This document shows positions 41,755 to 54,021 of a DNA stretch of 64,000 nt, piece by piece (the first letter of the stretch is position 1; every line of letters starts with the position of its first letter). The stretch lies in NCBI RefSeq assembly GCF_004010195.1, contig NC_057752.1, forward strand, positions 4,406,590-4,470,589, in the 5' to 3' direction. The notes beneath the pieces were generated by a model, which saw only the letters and a program-made list of their open reading frames with translations, ran no database searches and had not been told where the DNA came from. This DNA is from Chiloscyllium plagiosum (Eukaryota). The translations under genes and the position numbers were made by a program.

Positions 41755-44659
41755 GAAGGTATTCCAAAGATTAGTTTATTGGAAGGAAAACTGATGGGGC
41801 ATTATACATGATAATAAAAGACATCTCCTGGAAAGCAGACTATAGAGTACAAATCTTTTTTAATAGAAGGTATTATACAAATTTTACATAAGTCCTCTGA
41901 ATGGTGATGTGGTGTAAACTAACTCATTAAATTCTTTTAAAATGGAGGGAAAGGGCTCACTTAGAAGTCTTACAAATAAATACCTGTGCCTAAAACTTGA
42001 TTTCTCAAGACACAAACTTCTTTTTGGACTGTATAACCAAGAATTTCAGAGTTATGAATTTGAGTTTTCTTTCAGCCAATTTTAATGTACTGTACACAAA
42101 GATTTCCAATTTTTTGCCCATCAAAATACTTCAGCTGATATTATGAATTCACAAACCTATTCCTACCAGATGAAACTGCTTTAATATTAGTACAAACCAC
42201 TGCAGCCATAAAATGACACTAAGTCTGGTAAAAGAGCAAAACACTGCTACTCGAGAGCAGTTAAGCAGTGGGTGAGAAATTAACGGGGCTTTAACAAGCT
42301 GTTAAAAAGAGTCCAGTTTGAACCGCTAGTGACCAGGTAAATCAGTACTGTACAAAACAAATTAATAGTAAGATGTGGGTTTTTGATTTTCTTAAATCGG
42401 TTTGTCAATGACTCAGTATGCAGTTGCTCTTCAAAGAGCCCTGATCACGGGTTTAGACCTGATTCACATACCTCTCAATGTGACCACAGTAATCTCATTG
42501 CTCCTCTACTAAACAAATCTTCAAACTAAATAGAATCATGCAATTTTTTTTCTAAAGAGGAAATCAAAAGACTCAGGGCTATTTCCAATGACATGCAGAC
42601 CCAACATAGCTGAAAAAGAACTTGAGATCTAATTTCAGGACTATTCAATTTTTTAAATTCGTAGCTTATGCCCCAAATAACGTCAGCAAAAGGAATCAAA
42701 GACAGGCATTTTTTTTTCCAAAGCCTGAATCTGATCACCTAAAAATTCAGGAAAGGAATGCAATTTTGTCAAAATGCTTGTTCTGCAAGGCGTAGGGCTG
42801 CACCAATGTGAGCCGTAAGAATTTAAGCCCTTTCAACTCTGCTAGGATGTGTTGTTAAGTCAGACAAAAAAAGGTGATCACCTTTATGAATAGCATTGGC
42901 TGTAAACCAGACTGAGTTGAGTACTTATGAAATGGAATATATTTCTGTTACCTTACAAATCAATGAGTTTTAAATCTCAGTAAGTTGGAAAAAAATTAAA
43001 TACAGTACATGCTTTTTTTGTACTGTGAAGGGTTACTCGTTTGCAGGAAATGTATTCCATTCAGGTCAAGTACAGTAGGTTAGACACAGTGTTAAGCTAT
43101 CCTTACAATGCTCAACCTGGAACAGCACTCAACTGTACCTGCTATTACAACCTATGTAAAGGCTGCTTCAGATGTACTAAAGTTAAGGGTAATGTCCTGT
43201 ATACTCATTTGTTGGGGAAGTATTTTGAGATTGCTCTAAATTATTGTATAAAACTGGAATTAGTGTATCAAGTGTACTAATGCAGTCTTGACTCTAGAAA
43301 CCAAATCAGTACAACGAGCAGCGTTTTAGTATTGGATATTTGCAAGTCAAAACAATTTTTTTTTTTTCTGATTGACTTGCAAATGTCTAGGACTTCAGGC
43401 TGCATCCAGATATCCTTTTACACAGAATTAGGGAATTTTATGCACTTGAAACATTAGCACATGGAAGCAGCAGAAAACAGAATAAAAACCAATCCCAGTG
43501 TGTCCAACATATTTGACGTGCTTGTCTAATTCACTTTCATATAAAATTTATTTTGATCAGCACATAAAATTCTCTTATTAGTTTGTAAGTCTTAGCTTGT
43601 ACATATAACTAAAACAATGCCACAACCGAGTAAGCCTGGAATCTGCAGTTTCAAACTTTGACTTGAATGACTTCCAAAAACTATATATAAAAAAAGATCA
43701 TAAAGGTGCACTGACTAAATATCGTTAAAAATTAGACTGCAAGTAATATCTTGACTTTAATAATGATGGTCTGTCGCGATCTCAACCTGTGTAAGGACGT
43801 TAACTGTTTTTGTGGCAGTATGCATGCATATTTGTCAGAAACTAGTATTACTGCTTTCAGAAACTGATATCCTGAAACAAGACACCACTATTGGCCACTA
43901 ACCCCAATGCATATTAGTTTACAGATGGAAGTACAAGATTAATATTTGGCCCCAACAATAGTCTCACCTGAAGACAGAAATACAAGCAATTTGACAGCAA
44001 GGAAAGCATAACCCATCCAAATTTATGGGAGAAAGGCAAAACAAATTGTTGGGAATTCAGCAACGTCAGCTGACAATCGTAAAAACTCAAGATTAGCTCC
44101 AGTACCAGGTTGATTAATTTGGATGTCATAGTAGAAATCAGAAAAGAGAAAATAATAACGTTTGGCTGACTGCGTCCCGAATCTCAATTTTTTTTCTTCA
44201 ATTTTTAATTTTTTTTTAAAACACCATCTGAAGCTTTGGAAGGAGCACCAAAATTGTGAAAACTATCTGCACCAATCGCACTAGCCCATTTTATTTTACC
44301 TTAAAAAGTGCACCAACAGTTATAATTTCTCTCATTTCATGGCCCACTGCTTCCACTATTAAATTTATTTTTTTGCCAAACTCTACCTGCTTAAGTCAAA
44401 AGAAAATATGGGATATCCAAATGTAAAATACCATTCTAACTACTGCACACAAATGTTTTCTCAAAAGCCTGAGGTTGACATGTTTTTAAATGGATGATGA
44501 AATCTCCATACGTTTCATGTTCAATGGCTGCAGCAGCATGCAAGAAAAAGTTCCGGGAGATGTAAGCCAAATGGGTTGTTAACAGTCACATTTTAATTGA
44601 AGTTCATTCTTTCAGTTCTCTGAAAAGGGGTAAGTGATGTGTTTTCCTCAACTAGAACT
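41755..44659 (-). other. EIF4B: Probable EIF4B 3' UTR (~2.9 kb)
   Basis: AT-rich sequence with no recognisable repeats from the stop to a minus-strand AATAAA (tttatt 41775-41780). Further candidates near 40138 and 40188. End position is inferred. Confidence 0.5.
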
Positions 44660-44731
44660 TTAGTCTGTACTGTCATCGTCTTCATCAGCATCGATCATCA
44701 AAGCAGCATATTTGCTGGCTGAGCTGAATTT
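44660..44731 (-). CDS. EIF4B: EIF4B last coding exon
   Basis: tttgtatag|AAA; KFSSASKYAALMIDADEDDDSTD-TAA matches the conserved eIF4B C-terminus (FSSASKYAAL). Confidence 0.95.
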   Translation of the reverse strand, partial: KFSSASKYAALMIDADEDDDSTD

Positions 44732-44904
44732 CTATACAAAAAGACAGAATGAATACATGAGACAGGATGAATAATTACACAGCCACAATGCACAATTCCC
44801 TCTTCTTCTGACTGACGAGTCTTATGTGCATTAGGGAATGATCTCTGGCACCTGCAGCATTTTTAAAATTTAACCAACAAACCAGCCTCTATGGAAGCCT
44901 GGAC

Positions 44905-45420
44905 AGAAGACCATAACATGTAGGAGCAGAAGGCGGCCTTGCAGTCCAATAAGCCTGCTCTGTCAGTACTTCAAATCATGGCTGATCTAATGATCCATAA
45001 TACCACTTTCTTACCTTTTCCCCCCACAGCCCTTGAATCCCATACTTAAAAATAATCTGTACTTCTCAGCTTTGAATAGGGTTAGTGACCCAACATGAAC
45101 AGCCCTCTGCAGTAAAGAATTCCACAATTCACAACTCGAAGAAAATCCTCTGCATCTCTCAAATGTGACACCCCAAACTTTGAGACTGCTCCTTCTGGTA
45201 CTAGACTTTCCTATAAAGGGAAACAACCTCTCTCTACCCGGTTATCCTAAAAATCCTGTATGCTTCAATAAGGTGGCCTTCCATTCTTCTATTTTCCAAG
45301 AAGCACAGACTCAGCTGGTTCACATAAGACAGTCCCTTCATACCGGTACCAACCTAGTGAAACTTCACTGGACTGTGTTCAATCCAGAATATCTTTCCTC
45401 AGATAAAGGGACACAAAACT
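44905..45420 (-). mobile_element. CR1 3' fragment (last EIF4B intron)
   Basis: Minus-strand MFPFIGKSSTR...WNSLLQRAV...FKAE..RLFL..GFKGCG. Confidence 0.75.
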
Positions 45421-45781
45421 GAATGTTGCCACTATTCAACAAAGGATCAAATATCACAGCTGAGCCAGATCTTGTCTTCACACAAAGTGTCACCAAACAG
45501 GAAGTTTGACCCAGACATTTAGACAGTCAACACTTGAGTTAGAACAATTGTTTGATCAGTTACTGATTCAGAATAAATTATTTTCACATCATTTTTCACA
45601 TCCTGTGGACCTCCATTCTTCAATAATGCAACTATTCAGTCATCTCAACTTGTCTACACGAATTTCAACTCTGTTCCTCACAACCTGCAAAGATTTTATA
45701 TATTTGAAGGACTTTCTACAAATTTGACAAAAAAAAAGCTCATGTCTCCAAAGCACTTTTTGAAAATTAAACCACCAAATG

Positions 45782-46625
45782 AGTACAACGGACCTTGATC
45801 AGATGGGCCAATGGACTAAGGAGTGGCAGGTGGAGTTTAATTTAGACAAATGGGAGGTGCTGCATTTTGGAAAGGCATATCAGGGCAGACTTATACACTT
45901 AATGGCAAGGTCCTGGGGAGTGTTGCCGAACAAAGAAACCTTATGGTGCAGGTGGAGTCATCGCAGGTCGACAGGGTGGTGAAGACTGTTTGGTATGCTT
46001 GCCTCCATTGGTCAGTGCATCGAGTATACGAGTTGGGATGTCATGTTGCAACTGCACAAAACATTGGTGAGGCCACTTTTAGAATATGGTGTTAAATTCT
46101 GGTCTCCTAGCTATAGGAAGATATTGTTAAACTTGGAAGAGCTCAGAAAAGATTTACAAGAATATTGCTGGGACTGGAGGGTTTGAGCTATTGGGAGGGG
46201 CTGAATAGGCTGGGGCTATTTTCCCCTGGCGAATCAAGGGATGACCTTATAGAGGTTTGTATAATCATGAGGCGCTTTGATAGGGTGAATAACCAAGATT
46301 TTTTCCCCAGGGCAGGGGAGTCAAACTAGAGAGAACATGGGTTTAAGGTGAAAGTGCGAAGTTTTATAAGGGACCTGAGAGGCAACTTCTTCACACAGAG
46401 GGTGATGAGTGTATGGAATGAGCTGCAAGAATAGGTGGAGGAGGTGGGTATAATTTCAACATTTAGAAGTATAATGAGTAAGATTATATGAATATATGAG
46501 TAGTAAGAGTTTAGAGGGATATGGGCCAAGTGCTAGCAAATGGGACTAGATCAGTTTAGAATATCTGGTTGGCATAGATGAGTTGGACTGAAGGGCCTGT
46601 TTCCATGCTGTATAACTCTGACTTA
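45782..46625 (+). mobile_element. CR1 3' fragment
   Basis: DLDQMGQWTKEWQVEFNLDKWEVLHFG, LHKTLVRPLLEYGVKFWSP and 3' UTR. Confidence 0.9.
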
Positions 46626-47707
46626 AATCCAAATGTCCTCTCAACAGTTGCCACAATGACCTTTAAAAACTATTTTATACACAGGTAAAGCCCAGGATGT
46701 GTATCTTGACACCAATTCATTTTGACTTGGAGCCCAACCCAGTAGTAAAGCACTAACCTCAAAAACCTCAGCAGGACCCAGGAGGTTGAATGGCTCACAT
46801 TATGGAATGCATAATGTACACGGTGTAAAAGAAAAACAGCCTTCAAAGCAGCAATTAATCCACCATCTTAACTTAAGCATTTTCACATACCATAGTAATG
46901 ATTTAAATTGGTGTCATTTCCAAACAAGGAGCCCCTGTGGACGAGTTCAATAGCTACCAGGACCAACTGATCAGATGGAGCAGGAAATACAAATCCATTG
47001 TGCACTCCTCATGTGATACCTTTATAAAGTCATCGCATTTTCCACTCTCATTCTGAATGAAGCTCATGACAGGCCCTTACATTATTTCCATCCCCATTTC
47101 CTTTAGCAAACTGGGACGCACATCATCCAGACCAGATTACTTATGCATTCAAAAACAACCAGCCTTTCCAGAACAGCCTGGCCATAAATTTTTACTTCAG
47201 CTAATACTTCTAACACCGTTGCATTGATTGATATTTTGTTGGTTAGCTGGTATGGACTCGAGAGTTGAAAGAACACATTGTGCTGTAATGACTATTATAT
47301 CTACCCACTTTCTAGGGCATTGTTCAGCCTTGAACATTTTAAAACTACTGCACCCATCCCCAAGCTGAAAGTTGAAGTATTCCATTTGACCATCCAGGTC
47401 ATTAGTTATCTAGCTTTCTGAACATCTGACATGAATTACAGCATCAGTTATTAGTATCTGAAAACATTTTAATCTTCAATCTGTTAATTCAAAGGGTGGG
47501 TCAAAATCCTGAAACTTCTTCCCTAACAGCACCATTGGCATCCCTACACCCTCCAGACTGATAAGGTTCAAAGCAACTCACCATCACCTTCTCCAGGGCA
47601 ATGAGAGATTTCAATACATGTTGGCCTAGATAATAACACCCATTTCCCCATTAATGAAGAGAATGTTATAGTCCAAATAGGCAATTATTTTACAATCTCT
47701 AACTTAC

Positions 47708-47777
47708 AGGAGTGGGTGATTCTTCATATTTCTTTGGCTCAGTTACAGGTTTTGAATCACGGCCCTTTTTATCTTTC
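47708..47777 (-). CDS. EIF4B: EIF4B coding exon (penultimate)
   Basis: ttcttgcacag|G...CCT|gtaagt; 70 nt, KDKKGRDSKPVTEPKKYEESPTP. Confidence 0.93.
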
Positions 47778-48144
47778 CTGTGCAAGAAAAATTGTAATTG
47801 CTATTTAATAATCATATACTAGAAACAATCATGCCAGGAACTGAGAAAGGCTTGGTTTTTTGTAGAAAATATCAACCGACTTTTGCAGTTATAATCTAGA
47901 GCTGAATTTGGCAATGTTCTACTTCCAATTATCAAAGTCATGATGCAGATAACAAATATGAGTAGCAGCATATCCCATGATATTATACACACAGTAAAAC
48001 AAACACACAAAGCAAATCTTCCAAATTAAGCTAGCTTCCACAAATATTTGACATCAGGTTCTTGTGCACAAATGAGATTAAGTTACAACTATCCTTCAAA
48101 TCATGGGAAATCTGGAAATGTAGCAATTGAAAAAGGAGGCAGAC

Positions 48145-48265
48145 CTGTCTGGTTCCTTCCTTCGATCCTTGTTGATGCCATCGTTTTGTCCCCGGCTCAT
48201 ACCACTTGCACCACCACGCTCTTTGGGTGAAGTTTTATCTCTTATTTCAGATTCTGTTTTATCAT
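48145..48265 (-). CDS. EIF4B: EIF4B coding exon
   Basis: catttttag|AT...AG|gtctgc; 121 nt, DDKTESEIRDKTSPKERGGASGMSRGQNDGINKDRRKEPDR; phases fit both neighbours, although the donor is weak. Confidence 0.85.
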
Positions 48266-49012
48266 CTAAAAATGATAGAAAAATTTAGATGCTTTCATGT
48301 AACGTGCAGATTAGTTCAGGTTGGGCCAGTCCATTAGCAAGATGTAGAGATGGGTGTTTTCAATGAATTGTTTTAGTACAATATTCTCTAGGAGCTCCCT
48401 ATTCCACTTTGACTAAAATATATCAAGAACACAAATTTCAAACTGTCATTAAATACCATTATAAAAAATTGTTGATGGGAATAAATTCAAGGTGGATGCA
48501 GTGATCACACAATGAGAATACTATATCCTATTCAGCATTTATTTAAACTGGATAGGTAGATTTTAAACAAGAGCACACTAAATTGTAATCTAGCTGTCAC
48601 TATCACAGAAGTATGGAGTGATTTTCTCACACACGGTTAGGTCTGGAATTCACTGAAAGGCTATTCTTACAGAAGGACAAGCAAATTTAAAAAAAAGTGT
48701 TCGCCCATCTTCAAAGTTCACAATTAATTAGAATTTGGCCAAAAGGAAAAAAAAAAAATCGAAAACAATTTTGATTGCAGTTAACTGCTTTTAAAAATAC
48801 ACAGCCCATGTTTCACAATGTGATTTACTGTCCCGCAGAGAAAGTCAATTGCTAGACCAGAGAAGAAAAACCAGAGCATTGGCAATTCAACCAGTCAATT
48901 TAGCTGTTGTGAACGGATTTTCCACTTTTTAAAAAAAAACTCTCAACATTCATAATGATTAGATGCCAAGAGTCCTAAAAATCAGGTTACTATTGTACAG
49001 TTCTTGCCGTAC

Positions 49013-49077
49013 CCTTAAATGATGTCTTCATGTTCGTATGTGTAGGTGAAACTAGGCCAGCTTTACCACTTGGCGAA
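49013..49077 (-). CDS. EIF4B: EIF4B coding exon (short)
   Basis: ttcctcccatacag|T...G|gtacgg; 65 nt, SPSGKAGLVSPTHTNMKTSFK. Needed to bridge the phase-2 donor (50585) to the phase-1 acceptor (48265). Confidence 0.82.
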
Positions 49078-49264
49078 CTGTATGGGAGGAAAGTGAAAAG
49101 ATAATTGTCAGGACAATTTAAATTCACTGTTGTTTGTAAAAACAAAATTAAAGATGTTATTCACCTCATGCTTAAACTATAATGGGCACTACAAAAATAA
49201 GGAGAAAATGCATTGGAGGAATATAAAATGGATGCCTTCACTCTTACTCAGGAATGAATTTTTT

Positions 49265-49574
49265 TTAGATTAGATTATTTACAGTGTAGAAACAGGTCCT
49301 TCGACCCAACAAGTCCACACCGACCGGCTGAAGCGCAACCCACCCAGACCCATTCCCCTATATTTACCCTTTCACCTAACACTACGGGCAATTTAGCATG
49401 GGCAATTCACGTAACCCGCACATTTTTGGACTGTGGGAGGAAACCGGAGCACCCGGAGGAAACCCACGCAGACACGGGGAGAATGTGCAAACTCCACACA
49501 GTCAGTCGCCTGAGGCGGGAATTGAACCCGGGTCTCTGGCGCTGTGAGGCAGCACTGCTAACCACTGTGCCACC
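49265..49574 (-). mobile_element. Full-length HE1-type V-SINE
   Basis: A box GGTGGCACAGTGGTTAGC, B box GGTTCAATTCC, V-domain, CR1-like tail with TAATC repeats. Confidence 0.9.
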
Positions 49575-49589
49575 CATTTATTCTAATTA

Positions 49590-49970
49590 GACAAGCAGGA
49601 GGCTGGAAGAACACAGCAAGCCAGGCAGCATCAGGAGGTGGAGAAGTCAACGTTTCGGGTGTTACCCTTCTTCAAGAAATGGAGGTGGGGTGGAGGAGAG
49701 ACTGGGTGAGGAGAGAGGTGGTGGTTACGACTTGGTCGATCGATGGGAAGAATTAATCCGGTGGGTAGCTGGAAGGAAGGGTCGGTAGGTGGAATGGAAA
49801 GGAGGTGGCGATGGGGGGGCGGGGGAGATGAGAGAGAGAGAGAGGATATGAGGTGGGAAGGTTATTTGAAATTGCAGAACTCCATGTTGAGTCCTCTGGG
49901 CTGTAGGTTGCCCAGGCGGAAGATAATCCTCCTACTTGTCTACTTCAGATTTTAGCATCTGCAGTTTTTT
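49590..49970 (-). mobile_element. Penelope-like element 3' end with pseudo-LTR hammerhead-like motif
   Basis: Minus strand IFRLGNLQPRGLNMEFCNFK-stop (GIY-YIG ORF C-terminus), pyrimidine tract, then TTGAAGA-A-GGGT-AAC-ACCC-GAAAC-GTT. Confidence 0.75.
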
Positions 49971-50584
49971 TGTCTCGAACATTTATTCTAACAGCTAAAA
50001 GCTTGAGTGTAACATTATGGCAGTATAACTGTTTAAATTTTAGGAAAAGAAAAACAAAAATTAGCCTCCTTCCTCCTCCTGATCCCTTCCCTTCACAAGG
50101 AAAGTTAATTACTGAGTCTGGGGGTCAGAGACAAAAAAGGATGGGCCCCAGTACTATCCCTGACCTGAGCACTCCGGATGTCCTACTTTTAGGGTCTCAC
50201 TGGACACCCCCGTCCCCCCGTCTTGGGCCCTGCTGGAGCCTTCATTCTCAAGATATCAAGGTGAGCTGTTGCAGCTCAAATCATTATTTCAAAAGAAACC
50301 AGAAACAATAGAAATCTTTCCTTGAGGCACAGTCACACACAGATGCAAGTCAATGGATGGGAGCAGCTCTTGAACATCTCCCAAGTGGCTATTCTTCATA
50401 TGCAACCATGACAATGAGTATCAGGAGGCTATTTGCTCACAAACAACAGCTGAAGCCAACCATATTCTAATGTAACACACCCACCTTTAATTGATCTAAA
50501 ACCATTTAAATTCTTTTCAACATTACAAAAATTCTCAACTGGATTAGAATGGTTCATATTTGTTCAAGAAATTGCAAACTTTAC

Positions 50585-50834
50585 CCGAGTGGTTTATTTG
50601 ATAGCACACTAGCAGGTGAAAGAGGTGCTGTGACTTCTGCTTCAGCACTCTGGTTACTACTGGAACCTCCAACTGTTCTCTTTGTCCAGGCATTTTCTTT
50701 AGGTGGAGGGGCAGGTACAATCTTAAGTGGAATCTGGTCTGGTTTAGTTGATTTAGACACTGGTGACTGTGGCTCCTCCTCCTTGTTGAACATATCATTG
50801 TCCAATGACTTCTCACTCTCTCTCCGAACTGTAG
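50585..50834 (-). CDS. EIF4B: EIF4B coding exon
   Basis: ATVRRESEKSLDNDMFNKEEEPQSP...PLKIVPAPPPKENAWTKR...NKPLG; donor GG|gtaaag. Acceptor is AAG (exon start 50834) or CAG (exon start 50828). Confidence 0.95.
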
Positions 50835-52058
50835 CTTGATTAGATAGAAAATAATTTATTTTAGTAATACAAGCTTGTACCAAAAAGCTTGACGCTAATC
50901 TTTATGAACTCCATAAATATGGATGGTGTTCAGAATGTTCATTTTTAATACTAAGTGAAAAATTACTCCACAAACCTACAACCTTCCTAATAATTGGCAA
51001 TCAACATGCTTTACAACATATTAAATTTTCTGTTTTAACTGAAACAGCATGATGGTGGTAGAGAAAACAAAAGTAAATCACGTCAGGAGATGAAGATCAT
51101 GCTCTGTGGAATCAAATTTACTGCACATAGTTTTCTCAGGATATGGATAGACAAAACATTTTTATTTCAAGAGGAAGCACATTCATCTTTTCTCCCATAT
51201 ATGTTTTCACTGGACAATTTAAACAAGGACTTCTCATTACACACACACCAACAAATATTAGAGACAGGGTTCTACCATTTTCCAGCAATATTGGGGACAA
51301 GCAATTCTGAGCTTTAGTGTGTTAATGAAGGATCCATTGCACGTAGTCTTTGCACATCAACAAAAAGAACTGTCATATTTATGTCTCTATCAAAGTAAAA
51401 CACATGATGGCCGTGAGATGTTATAGAGTAGGATCGCCTTCACAAAACAATCCGTCACAAAAGCCGAAGCTTTACCTATGTGGCTTTGCAATTGCATTCT
51501 TCTATCTTTGTAGTCCCAAAACAATTAGTAAGCATGTACAAGAAAAACAGAAGATCAGTTTTGGCTTCAGATAACAAAATATTAACATTAGCTTACAAAA
51601 TTGAAGCAGTTGTCCTGTGCAGATCATATTAGACATTATAAGGACAGCCATTTACCAGTTTTGTTTTTCACTACAATCAATGATGTGGTGAAGTGTACAG
51701 TTCTTTATGACTTAAAAGGTTAATGAAAATGATTAAGCTAACTAACTGGGTGAAAGTGACACACATTGGATAGTTGCCAAACTACTGGGAGGTTAATCAC
51801 GTAGTAATGTTTGACAAATGTAAACTAAACAGAAAACTTGCCACATGGAACCATTTCTCCAGTTTTGCACTACAGTGGGCAGATTTTCAATTTTGTAAAG
51901 TAGCAAACCTGGCGAACACTTTTAAAAAAGCACATCAATACATTAGCTGTACATTCGCTTGAGAACTACCAATCTTCTTAACAAGCTTAAAAACTGTAAA
52001 ACGCTCAATGTTTATCCTAATAACGTTTTGAATAGTCTGTGTAAACATTAAGTCTTAC

Positions 52059-52153
52059 CTCGACCTCCAGAAGCACTGGTATCAGTCGGCTGTGAAGAAT
52101 CGCTAGCTGGTCTTGAACGTTCCAGCTGTTCCTCACTGCGCCAGCTTGGATGC
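52059..52153 (-). CDS. EIF4B: EIF4B coding exon (contains the S406/S422-equivalent kinase sites)
   Basis: aatatag|G...G|gtaaga; 95 nt, HPSWRSEEQLERSRPASDSSQPTDTSASGGR. Confidence 0.95.
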
Positions 52154-53793
52154 CTATATTGAACCAAAGTACATCGCTAAATGGCATTAACACACAGTTT
52201 TTACATGTTAATTAAGAGAAAGAGTAGTTGGTTATCACGGGAAGTCAATTAAAGGCAATAGGAACATTTCCAAATAATCCAGGGTGTCAACTCGCAGATA
52301 ATTGCCTTTGGAATAAAACTGCATATTAACAGATCAGCAAAAAAAAAAGACCAAAAACTTAAATGTTGTGCACCCTTCCTCAACAGGAAGACCACCACTT
52401 TCTTTGCTTGGATTACATCACCAGCTCCATGGCATGGAGAGTTATTCAGCAAACCTTCGTGACTTTTAGAATTAAAGATTTCCATGGGTCAAGTGGGTAG
52501 GTAGGGAATGACAGGCACCTTTGGGAATAGCGAACCAACATAAACTCAAAAAGGATTTAAGTAACAATAGAAACAAACAAACATCACAAAATGCTCTGTT
52601 CACCACAATTTTTTAAAAGAACATGTATTTTACAAATATGTAGTGGGACAGATGAGTAACTTGAATTCAAATACTAGTTATGGCACATTTCTAATCGAGT
52701 GTACAGAAATTTGTCAAGTGAAACAATGGTCATAGACAACTAAATTGTTACCATTCTTCTGGCCATACACAACAGACACTGGAACCATGCCAATGTTAGT
52801 ATCCCCCCCTTCCCACCCTACATGGTAAGTACCATATTAAATCAAGTTAACTACACAATAATACCAAAACAAATTTCCACTTGGCCCGATTCAACACAGC
52901 ATCTGGACTGCAGTAACCACTTGCAAACTATGTCAATCTTATCTTGCCTTAATACTCACTTGGATTTGTTTTCCAAAATATTATTTATTTGCATTAATGT
53001 TTTAAGATATTTTAAACTTAACAGCTTTCATTTCTGTGATACTTCAGTTATATTAAAACAGATGTTGCATATAGATGTATTCTAACAAGCATTGGAATTC
53101 AAAACATGGATCAGAAGATAAAGATTAATTTGCACAACACTACAAATAGCACAAGCTGATATCAATGGTGAAGGCACTGCATTTTAAACTTTTTGAAGGC
53201 TGAAAAAGCCAAGTTGCAAATAAATTAGAGTGCTGTCACTTCAACCTCTACCATTGAATAACCATACTTAATAGATGGTTGAGAATAGTTACAAGTATTG
53301 TTATCAAGTGCTTTGTAAAACCTAGGACTGATTAGGGACAGTCAACATGGCTTTGTGCGTGAGAAATCATGTCTCACTAACTTGACTGAGTGTTTTGAAG
53401 TAGTAACAAAGAGGATTGATGAAGGCAAAGTGGTGAATTTGATCCATATGTATTCAGTAAGGTATTTGACAAGTTTCCTCATGGTAGACTGGTTAGCAAG
53501 GAGAAAATTCTTCAGCCAGAGAATGGTGAATCTATGGAATTGATCGCCACAGAAGGCTATGGAGGCTGGGTCATTGAGACTGAGATCGATAGGTTTTTGA
53601 TTGTTGAGGGGACTAAGGGTTACGGGGAGAAAGCAGGAGAATGGGGTTGAGAAACTAATCAGCTATGATTGAATGGCAGAGCAGACTCGATGGGATGAAT
53701 GGCCTAACTTCTGCTCCAATGTCTTATGATCTTCGATCACATGGAATACACAGAACTAGCCATTTGGCCACGGAACTAGCTTGAAAGTAGAAG

Positions 53794-54021
53794 TTAAAAA
53801 TCACAACACCAGGTTATTGTCCAACAGATTTATTTGGAACCATAAGCTTTTGGAGTTTTTACTATAAATTCTGTGTTCTATGATCCTGCCCCACTAACTA
53901 CCTGATGAAGGAGCAGCACTCTGAAAGCTTGTACTTCCAAATAAACCTGTTGGATTATAATCTGGTGTTGTGTGATTTTTAGCGTGGTCCACCCCAGTCC
54001 AACACCAGCTCCTCTACATCA
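53794..54021. mobile_element. Penelope-derived inverted-repeat element with hammerhead core
   Basis: aaaaatcacaacaccaggttattgtccaacag.. / ..ctgttggattataatctggtgttgtgtgattttt inverted arms; degenerate TSD (ttgaaagtagaag / tcaaaagtaaaag). Confidence 0.75.
53899..53933 (+). ncRNA. Minimal type I hammerhead ribozyme motif (PLE-associated)
   Basis: TAC-CTGATGA-A-GGAG-CAGCA-CTCT-GAAA-G-CT-T-GTA: intact CUGANGA and GAAA boxes, stem II, stem I TAC/GTA and a short self-complementary stem III (AGCT). Confidence 0.6.

Noticed and set aside
44905..46625. Oppositely oriented CR1 pair in the last EIF4B intron as a dsRNA former
   Set aside because: The two copies look like different, diverged subfamilies; extensive pairing is unlikely.
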